DNA from: Chloroflexota bacterium
GTDB lineage: Bacteria > Chloroflexota > Dehalococcoidia > Dehalococcoidales > UBA2162
DNA length: 64,000 nucleotides
Assembly (NCBI GenBank): GCA_016190895.1
Contig: JACPPR010000030.1
Location: 241-64,240 of the forward strand
Direction: 5' to 3'
Every line of letters starts with the position of its first letter. Positions within the stretch are counted from its first letter, which is position 1. This document shows, piece after piece, positions 37,968 through 44,871 of this stretch. The notes beneath the pieces were generated by a model. It did no database searches, had not been told where the DNA came from, and saw nothing but the letters and a program-made list of their open reading frames with translations. Both the position numbers and the translations under genes were made by a program.

Positions 37968-38729
37968 ATGACAAAAACAGCCGGCAATTCGGTAGTAAAA
38001 ATAGATACCACGGGCATTTTATATAAAGAGCTTAATGCTCGACTGAGGGAGATAGCTTCGGATAGTGTCGAGAAGGTCGAGCTTTACAATGTCTGCGGGC
38101 AGAGATACATCGGCACGGACCTGAACAGGCCGATTCAGATTGATATCTACGGCACGCCTGGCAACGACCTGGGCGCTTTTATGAACGGGCCGAAGATTGT
38201 CGTACACGGCAATGCCCAGGACGGCTGCGGCAACACTATGAATGAGGGCGAAATAATCGTTCACGGACACGCCGGAGATGTCCTCGGCCTATCGGCGCGC
38301 GGTGGCAAAATCTTCGTCCGTGATTACGTCGGTTATCGAGCCGGCATTCATATGAAAGAGTATAAGGAAAAGAAACCGACGCTGGTTATCGGCGGTACTG
38401 CTCAGGATTTTGCCGGTGAGTATATGGCCGGAGGCGTGCTGGTTCTACTAGGTCTGAATCTCGCTGAAGGGGAGAAACACAAGGCAAAATACATCGGCAC
38501 CGGTATGCACGGCGGTGTTATTTACCTTAGGGGCGAGGTCGAGAAGTACCAGTTAGGCCCTGAAGTTGGCGTCGCCGAACTGGATGAGAAGGACAATCAA
38601 GTTCTACGGACGCTGGTCGGTGAGTTCGCCGGCCACTTCGGGTATCCGGCTGACAAGATACTGAACCATAAGTTTATGAAACTGTATCCTCGCTTTCTTC
38701 GCCCTTACGGAAGGCTTTACGCTTATTAA
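37968..38729 (+). CDS. Glutamate synthase GXGXG (GltB C-terminal beta-helix) subunit
   Basis: VHGNAQDGCGNTMNEGEIIVHGHAGDVLG repeats. Confidence 0.85.
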   Translation: MTKTAGNSVVKIDTTGILYKELNARLREIASDSVEKVELYNVCGQRYIGTDLNRPIQIDIYGTPGNDLGAFMNGPKIVVHGNAQDGCGNTMNEGEIIVHGHAGDVLGLSARGGKIFVRDYVGYRAGIHMKEYKEKKPTLVIGGTAQDFAGEYMAGGVLVLLGLNLAEGEKHKAKYIGTGMHGGVIYLRGEVEKYQLGPEVGVAELDEKDNQVLRTLVGEFAGHFGYPADKILNHKFMKLYPRFLRPYGRLYAY

Positions 38730-38762
38730 TCTGAAGGTGCCGGTCATTTGTGGGGGTAGGTT

Positions 38763-39437
38763 ATGCTGCGCCTGCTGATTATAGCCCCGGAAAGTAAGGC
38801 ACTGGCGGAGCTGGCCACCGCCCTGAACCAAAAAGATATTGCCTGTGCAACGGCATCTCCTGACGGTGAAATGACGGAGTTAATCGCCCGTCAATCTCCG
38901 GATTTGGTTATGGTTGAGGTGGGCGGGCGTTTTCCAGATTCAGCCACGTGGGAGCTTATTCACGGAATAAAGCGCGAGCGTTCTCTACCGGTTATCGCTC
39001 TGGTAGCCGGCGAAGTGTCCGAAGAAATCAACGGCTATTTTGAAGTAGATGATTTTCTTGTTCGCCCCTACGATCTCAGCGAACTGCTAATCAGAGCCAA
39101 GCGGCTGCTGCAGAACTGCAAGGCTGTCAGCGGCAGCGAGCTGATTAAGTGTGACGGCCTGGTGATAGACGTGACGAATTGCGATGTGACGGTGGGCGGG
39201 AAAGTCGTCGAGCTTACCTTCAAGGAGTACGAGTTATTGAAGCTGCTGGCGGCGAACCGGGGCCGGGTTTACACCCGTCAGGACTTGCTCAACAAAATCT
39301 GGGGCTATGACTACTACGGCGGTGACAGGACTGTCGATGTCCACGTCAGGCGCCTCAGAAGCAAGATAGAAGGACCCGGTGAGGTCTTCATCGAGACAGT
39401 CAGAAACGTCGGCTACCGGTTTAAGAAAGACGCCTGA
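38763..39437 (+). CDS. OmpR/PhoB-family winged-helix regulator with degenerate (pseudo-)receiver domain
   Basis: The C-terminus is typical (LTFKEYELLKLLAANRGRVYTRQDLL...TVDVHVRRLRSKIE...VRNVGYRF). The receiver lacks the canonical residues: LLIIAPES replaces the DD pocket, PDLVMVEV replaces the phospho-Asp, ALVAG replaces Thr, and VRPY replaces Lys-Pro. Confidence 0.85.
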   Translation: MLRLLIIAPESKALAELATALNQKDIACATASPDGEMTELIARQSPDLVMVEVGGRFPDSATWELIHGIKRERSLPVIALVAGEVSEEINGYFEVDDFLVRPYDLSELLIRAKRLLQNCKAVSGSELIKCDGLVIDVTNCDVTVGGKVVELTFKEYELLKLLAANRGRVYTRQDLLNKIWGYDYYGGDRTVDVHVRRLRSKIEGPGEVFIETVRNVGYRFKKDA

Positions 39438-39483
39438 CATCATCGAAATTCAGGCTCAAAATTCAAAACCTAAAATCCTTCGT

Positions 39484-39540
39484 GTCACTGCGAGGCGAAG
39501 CCCCCGTAATCTACGCGAATCTTAGAGATTAGGATTCGTA
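39484..39540. repeat. ATTGCGAG/CGAAGCAAT family fragment
   Basis: GTCACTGCGAGGCGAAGCC...AATCTTAGAGATT. Confidence 0.55.
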
Positions 39541-39709
39541 TAGATTGCACTACTGCTCTGCTATCATGCCCAATGTGCGGCTATGATGCTCTAAGGAACC
39601 CGGTCCAACCAGCAGGCAGGATTGCCACCGGTCGAATCTAGCTGTGTATTATTAGCAAGTCACCAATCGGTTAGTGGCTCGCCTCAGTACGATAAGGGTG
39701 GAACGATTA

Positions 39710-41014
39710 ATGACTGACGTCAATATTCTAGTCAATGTGATATTAGTATTAGGCGCTGCTGTGGTCGGCGGCGCTTTGGCTCTCCGCCTGAAACAACCTG
39801 TTATCCTTGGATATCTCGTTGCTGGTCTTATCGTAGGACCATTCACTCCTGGTCCGCAAGCCGACTTCGACCAGTTTCGCTTCCTGACGGAGGTCGGTCT
39901 GGGTTTGCTTCTATTTGTGCTTGGGGCCGGCTTGCCTCCTTCGCGATTTCGGGGACTGGGAACTGTCATCGTATTAGGGGGAGCCATCCAAATTACGCTT
40001 GTTAGTGCGCTGGGGTTTCTCTTTATGCTCTGGTTTAGCCTGAGCCTGGCACAGGCGTTCTTGTTGGGTGCCATTCTGGCTCAGTCGAGTAGCGCGGTGA
40101 TAGCAAAGGTTCTCGATGACCGCAACGAGACTGAATCGGTTCACGGACGGATTGCCGTCGGTATGAGTGTCGTTCAGGACCTTTCTTCTCTCCCTCTGCT
40201 ACTCTTGTTGTTGGTCTTCCTCGGGCAAAACGATGTGACGCTTTCATCCTTCATTGTTACCATTGGCGAGGTATTTGGCATCGCCATCTTTATGTATGTC
40301 ATAGGCAAGGTCATCTGGCCCCGGTTTCTGGAGTGGATTGGATACATGGGTTCCGATGAATTGACTATTTTGGTGGCGTTGCTTCTCGCGTTGGGTGGCG
40401 GACTCCTGTTGCAACAGATTGGACTTTCCTTCACACTTGGGGCTTTTCTTGCAGGCCTAGTAATTGCGGAATCTCCTCAACGCCAGGAAGCGGTTTCCAG
40501 GATGTTACCGCTAAGGGATGTCTTCGCCGCCATGTTTTTCGTTTCTATCGGAGCTTTGTTTAATCCGTCTGTACTCTGGCAATTACCCATCCCGCTAATT
40601 GGACTTCTGAGTACTCTGGTCATAGGCAAGGCGCTAATCACGGGCGTCGTGGTCAGGACATTCGGGCAAAGCGCTTCCACTGCCATTCTCACGGGACTGC
40701 TTCTCGCTCAGATTGGCGAGTTCGCGTTTATTTTAGCCAATATCGGGCTGGAACACGGTGCTATCACACAAGAATTATTCTCTCTAATAATAGCTGCAGC
40801 TGTTATCAGCATTTTCATAAATTCGTTGATTTTGGATTCGGCGCCTCCGGTACTTGTAGCATTGGCCAGGATTATGCGATTCAACGCGCTTTTGAAGCAA
40901 CCTCCTGGGTCTGTCACATCGACCTTTAGAAGAGGCCGTTCGATGGCTGACGGGTCAAGGGTTCAAAGCTCATCCTTCCAATCACGGAAGGACAAAACTC
41001 AAAACCATAGCTAA
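39710..41014 (+). CDS. Cation:proton antiporter (CPA2/Kef-type membrane domain only)
   Basis: Multi-TM. ATG 39710 after SD AAGGGTGGA. No TrkA/KTN domain. Confidence 0.8.
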   Translation: MTDVNILVNVILVLGAAVVGGALALRLKQPVILGYLVAGLIVGPFTPGPQADFDQFRFLTEVGLGLLLFVLGAGLPPSRFRGLGTVIVLGGAIQITLVSALGFLFMLWFSLSLAQAFLLGAILAQSSSAVIAKVLDDRNETESVHGRIAVGMSVVQDLSSLPLLLLLLVFLGQNDVTLSSFIVTIGEVFGIAIFMYVIGKVIWPRFLEWIGYMGSDELTILVALLLALGGGLLLQQIGLSFTLGAFLAGLVIAESPQRQEAVSRMLPLRDVFAAMFFVSIGALFNPSVLWQLPIPLIGLLSTLVIGKALITGVVVRTFGQSASTAILTGLLLAQIGEFAFILANIGLEHGAITQELFSLIIAAAVISIFINSLILDSAPPVLVALARIMRFNALLKQPPGSVTSTFRRGRSMADGSRVQSSSFQSRKDKTQNHS

Positions 41015-41118
41015 GAACTCAAAACTCCTTTTTGCAGTTTTGGTATACTGATTTTTCTTTACCTAGTTACTTTTGAGTTGTGGTTTTAACCTTTAAGCTT
41101 TCACTTTTTACCTCTCCT

Positions 41119-41178
41119 GTAACACAGATTTAATCTGTCCGTAACTTACATTTAACCTCTTTGTAATTCCACCGAAAC
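41119..41178 (+). promoter_or_regulatory. Six 11-bp phased pentamer boxes (candidate activator site) upstream of sORF-amt1
   Basis: GTAAC 41119, TTAAT 41130, GTAAC 41141, TTAAC 41152, GTAAT 41163, GAAAC 41174. Confidence 0.6.
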
Positions 41179-41220
41179 AATCGGGCGTTAAGCTAGATAT
41201 AAAACGCAAGGAGGTTACCG

Positions 41221-41343
41221 ATGTCGATTGAAGCAATCCTGGCCGCAGTATCTTTCATTGGGCTTTTCACCGCCTGGGTGATTCTGCCCAGCCGCCTGCA
41301 CAAGCGCCACGCCGCTAGAGAACAGAACGAATCCCTCGAATAG
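41221..41343 (+). CDS. Candidate 40-aa single-TM small protein upstream of amt1
   Basis: Read manually. Strong SD AAGGAGG lies 6 nt before the ATG. Product MSIEAILAAVSFIGLFTAWVILPSRLHKRHAAREQNESLE. Confidence 0.4.
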   Translation: MSIEAILAAVSFIGLFTAWVILPSRLHKRHAAREQNESLE

Positions 41344-41355
41344 CAAAACCTTCAT

Positions 41356-41452
41356 CCTCACCCCGTTCGGCTACGCTCAGGGCAGGCTCTAACCCTCTCC
41401 GACCTCACCCCTGTCCCCTCTCCGCTTGCGGAGAGGGGGAGAAAGAGGAGAG
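41356..41452. repeat. GGGAGAGG-hairpin repeat family
   Basis: Contains CCCCTCTCCGCTTGCGGAGAGGGG, identical to the core at 56192-56215. Confidence 0.75.
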
Positions 41453-41503
41453 GTTGTTTGGGGACGGACACAAGGAATGTTTGGGTTTTGAAAGGAGGAT
41501 TTT

Positions 41504-43009
41504 TTGTTTATGAAAGACCGCTTATCGGACACGATGGAATCAGTGAAATCTACCTTGTCTCCGTTAGCGCCGCTGGTCAAGCGGCGCTGGTTCAAAGGAC
41601 TGGTAATGGCGTTCATTCTGTTCGGGGCTTTCTGGGGATTGCCGGCTATCGCCCGCGCCGCCGACCCGACCGGCACGGATACTTTTAACGCTAATCCCAA
41701 CAGCGCCGTCAATATGGCCTGGACGCTCATCACCGGTTTCCTGGTCTGGTTTATGCAGCTCGGTTTCGCCTTCCTGGGCGCCGGTCTGATTCGCTCCAAG
41801 AATCAGACTAACTACTGGACGAAGAGCTTTATGGATTTTTGTATCGCCTCGCTGGGCTTCTGGGCATTTGGGTTCGCCCTGATGTTCGGAGGCTCGAAGT
41901 TATTTCCCGGCCTAGATGACGGTAATGCGTGGATAGGTTTTTCCGGGTTTTTCCTGAGCGGCGGCGCCTATGATGTCTCGACGATTATGATGTGGTTCTT
42001 CCAGATGGTCTTTGCCGCTACCGCCACGACTATCGTTGCCGGCGCCGTGGCCGAAAGGATGAAGATTTCTGCCTACCTGGCTTACGCCTTTATTATCGGC
42101 GCTCTTATTTATCCTCTCTATGGTAAGTGGATATGGGGTGGCGGGTGGCTGGGCAGCTTAAGTATTGCTGGCGCTGCGGGCGCCAGAGACTTTGCTGGCT
42201 CCAGCGTCGTTCACATGGTCGGCGGATTGGCTGCCCTGATTGGTGCGGCTATGGTCGGACCGAGAATCGGCAGATTCAATAAGGATGGGACGCCCAATAA
42301 CATCAAAGGTCATAACCTGCCTTTTGTCGTTATCGGTACCTTCATCCTTTTCTTCGGCTGGTTCGGTTTTAATCCCGGCAGCACCCTGGCGGCTACCGAC
42401 CTGCGTATCTCGGTCATCGCTGTCAATACTTTCCTGGCCGGCGTTACCGGCGCGGTAGTAGCGCTCTACTGGGTTTTTGCCAAGACCGGCAAGATGGATA
42501 TCATCATGGGCTGCAACGGTAGTCTGGTCGGGCTGGTCGCCGTTACTGCGCCGGCGGCCTATATCGCTCCGTGGGCGGCAGTGCTCATCGGAGCGATAGC
42601 GGTTCCATTCATGTTTGCCACGAATCATGTTGTTGAGCGTGTGCTCAAGGTAGACGATGCCGTAGGCGCCGTCCCGGTGCACCTGGGTGGAGGGATGTGG
42701 GGCATGCTGGCAGTGGGTATTTTCGCCGATGGAACCTATCTAGGGGTCAAGGGACTCATTGCCGGTGAGATAGGCCAGCTAATCCTGCAACTAGTCGCCA
42801 TCGGGACTGTGTTTGTCTGGGTGGGCGTAACGGCCTTCCTTACCTTCTGGGCTATCAGAAAGAGCATCGGTCTGCGGGCTAGCCGTGAAGAAGAGCTGCA
42901 GGGGCTGGATATACCAGAGCACGGCATAGAAGCCTATCCGGCTGATTCCAGTATCACTTTAGGCGGAAGTACTCCTGTTGTTCCAAAGGCGCTCCCGGTT
43001 ACTCGTTAA
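41504..43009 (+). CDS. amt: Ammonium transporter (long form with signal-peptide-like N-terminus)
   Basis: AGSSVVHMVGG and FGWFGFNPGS. Start is TTG 41504 or ATG 41510, after AGGAGG. Confidence 0.92.
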   Translation: MFMKDRLSDTMESVKSTLSPLAPLVKRRWFKGLVMAFILFGAFWGLPAIARAADPTGTDTFNANPNSAVNMAWTLITGFLVWFMQLGFAFLGAGLIRSKNQTNYWTKSFMDFCIASLGFWAFGFALMFGGSKLFPGLDDGNAWIGFSGFFLSGGAYDVSTIMMWFFQMVFAATATTIVAGAVAERMKISAYLAYAFIIGALIYPLYGKWIWGGGWLGSLSIAGAAGARDFAGSSVVHMVGGLAALIGAAMVGPRIGRFNKDGTPNNIKGHNLPFVVIGTFILFFGWFGFNPGSTLAATDLRISVIAVNTFLAGVTGAVVALYWVFAKTGKMDIIMGCNGSLVGLVAVTAPAAYIAPWAAVLIGAIAVPFMFATNHVVERVLKVDDAVGAVPVHLGGGMWGMLAVGIFADGTYLGVKGLIAGEIGQLILQLVAIGTVFVWVGVTAFLTFWAIRKSIGLRASREEELQGLDIPEHGIEAYPADSSITLGGSTPVVPKALPVTR

Positions 43010-43022
43010 CATCAAGAAAGTC

Positions 43023-43055
43023 GGGTACCGCCCCGACATTATCGGGGCGGTACCC
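43023..43055 (+). repeat. Perfect 14-bp stem hairpin after amt1
   Basis: GGGTACCGCCCCGA-catta-TCGGGGCGGTACCC with no T-run. Confidence 0.6.
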
Positions 43056-43200
43056 ACGACCATTAAGCCGGATTCTCCTATCTCAAAGGAAAACAAATGC
43101 TTGAGTTAAGCCAGATTGCAGCAGTTGTTATTTTCGTGGCAATCCTCCATGCCCCGATTGCATCGGGGCACCACGAAGTATGAAAATCGGTCACGAGGAT

Positions 43201-43322
43201 GTCGTCATTCTGGCACGTTCACTTCGTTCAGTGTAAACTCCGGCCAGAATCCACTTCATCACACTCCACTGGATTCCAGCCGGAGTTTACCCCGTACTGC
43301 GATACGGGGCTGGAATGACGGA
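43201..43322. repeat. Composite repeat in the amt1-amt2 spacer
   Basis: Shares CACGTTC..TTCAGTGTAAACTCC with 13383-13410, plus GGATTCC...GGAATGAC ends. Confidence 0.6.
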
Positions 43323-43393
43323 CGGTGGCAGGCTTTTCGTGAGAATGTTTATTGCTATCGTCTACCTTTGGGTTCTGAGTTTTCAGTTTTCTT

Positions 43394-43431
43394 GTAACAT
43401 GTTTTTAACATATCCGTAATATGCTGGAAAC
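43394..43431 (+). promoter_or_regulatory. Four 11-bp phased boxes upstream of amt2
   Basis: GTAAC 43394, TTAAC 43405, GTAAT 43416, GAAAC 43427. Same order as the last four boxes of the amt1 site. Confidence 0.6.
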
Positions 43432-43471
43432 ACTAATGGCATAAGCTGGATGTAAAAGCAAGGAGGAACTT

Positions 43472-44704
43472 ATGCCCATTAATTCCGGTGATACTGCCTG
43501 GATACTGGTTTCGGCAGCCCTGGTGATGCTGATGACGCCGGGGCTGGCTCTTTTCTATGGGGGGATGGTGAGACGGAAGAACGTGCTCTCCACCATGATG
43601 ATGAGCTTCGCCATGCTCGGTCTGGTCGGCATTCTCTGGGTGCTCTATGGGTACAGTTTGAGCTTCGCTCCTGATATAGGTGGCATCATCGGCGGTTTTG
43701 ACTTCTTAGGACTCAAGAATGTCGGGCAGGACCCGTCATCGGTCTATGCCACCACCGTTCCTCACCTGGCCTTTATGATATATCAGGCGATGTTTGCCAT
43801 AATTACCGTCGCCTTATTTACGGGAGCCGTTGTCGACAGGATAAAATTCAGCGCATTGCTTGTCTTTTCGGCTCTGTGGTTGACCCTCATTTACGTTCCG
43901 GTGGCGCACTGGGTGTGGGGCGGCGGGTGGCTGGCGAAGCTGGGCGCCCTCGATTTTGCCGGCGGCACCGTGGTTCATATCAATGCCGGTGTCTCGGCGC
44001 TGGCTTTAGCCCTGCTCCTGGGACCCCGTAAGGGTTTTAAGGACAAGGAGCCTATGGAGGCCCACAATATTCCCTGGGTAATGCTGGGCGCGGGCTTGCT
44101 CTGGTTCGGTTGGTTCGGCTTTAACGCCGGCAGCGCTCTCACGGCTGGCGGGTTGGCTTCCAGCGCATTCGTTGCTACCAATACTGCTGCCGCCAGCGCC
44201 GCTTTCACCTGGATGCTGCTGAGCTGGATTTACCGACGTCCGACGGCTTTGGGAACGGTCACCGGCGCCGTTATCGGACTGGTGGCCATTACTCCTGCGG
44301 CCGGCTTTGTTGCACCGATAATGGGCATTCCCATAGGTATGGGGGCAGCCCTGGTCGGCTATTATGCCATGCTTGTCCGGGCAAAAACGCGGGTGGACGA
44401 TTCTCTGGATGTCCTGGCCTGCCATGGGATGGGGGGTATCTGGGGAGCTTTAGCGACCGGTATTTTTGCCAGCGTCGCTGTCAATTCAGCCGGAGCCGAC
44501 GGCCTGATTTTTGGTAATGCTATGCTGGTCGTCAAACAATTGGTTGCTATCGTCGCCGTTGGAGTCTTTGCCTTCGTCGGCACCTGGATTTTGGGCAAGC
44601 TCGTCGATATCACTATCGGGCTTCGAGTTAGTCCTACTGAAGAAAATCTGGGTCTTGATATATCCCAGCACGGTGAAAGAGCTTATGGAGGGCTTGCACG
44701 ATAA
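43472..44704 (+). CDS. amt: Ammonium transporter
   Basis: 410 aa with DFAGGTVVHINAG and FGWFGFNAGS. Confidence 0.94.
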   Translation: MPINSGDTAWILVSAALVMLMTPGLALFYGGMVRRKNVLSTMMMSFAMLGLVGILWVLYGYSLSFAPDIGGIIGGFDFLGLKNVGQDPSSVYATTVPHLAFMIYQAMFAIITVALFTGAVVDRIKFSALLVFSALWLTLIYVPVAHWVWGGGWLAKLGALDFAGGTVVHINAGVSALALALLLGPRKGFKDKEPMEAHNIPWVMLGAGLLWFGWFGFNAGSALTAGGLASSAFVATNTAAASAAFTWMLLSWIYRRPTALGTVTGAVIGLVAITPAAGFVAPIMGIPIGMGAALVGYYAMLVRAKTRVDDSLDVLACHGMGGIWGALATGIFASVAVNSAGADGLIFGNAMLVVKQLVAIVAVGVFAFVGTWILGKLVDITIGLRVSPTEENLGLDISQHGERAYGGLAR

Positions 44705-44736
44705 TCACCTGAATAACAAACAAAAATATGATTGGT

Positions 44737-44764
44737 GTAGGGGCGCAGCATGCTGCGCCCCTAC
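44737..44764. repeat. Same palindrome family
   Basis: GTAGGGGCGCAGCATGCTGCGCCCCTAC, between amt2 and amt3. Confidence 0.85.
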
Positions 44765-44805
44765 GGAACGGCGGCATGTCTGAAGGTCAAATATTTTATC
44801 TCTTT

Positions 44806-44821
44806 GTAACATGTTCGTAAC
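44806..44821 (+). promoter_or_regulatory. Two GTAAC(AT) direct repeats 11 bp apart upstream of amt3
   Basis: GTAAC at 44806 and 44817. Confidence 0.45.
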
Positions 44822-44871
44822 ATTAGTGGGCTAAACTGCATTTGTAGAATATACAAAGGGAAGGGGAAGTT

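Noticed and set aside
43097-43183. 28-codon sORF MLELSQIAAVVIFVAILHAPIASGHHEV downstream of amt1, vaguely similar to the sORF at 41221
   Set aside because: It contains a repeat-type hairpin (GCCCCGAttgcaTCGGGGC), is not preceded by the phased boxes, and the similarity is weak. It is probably fortuitous.
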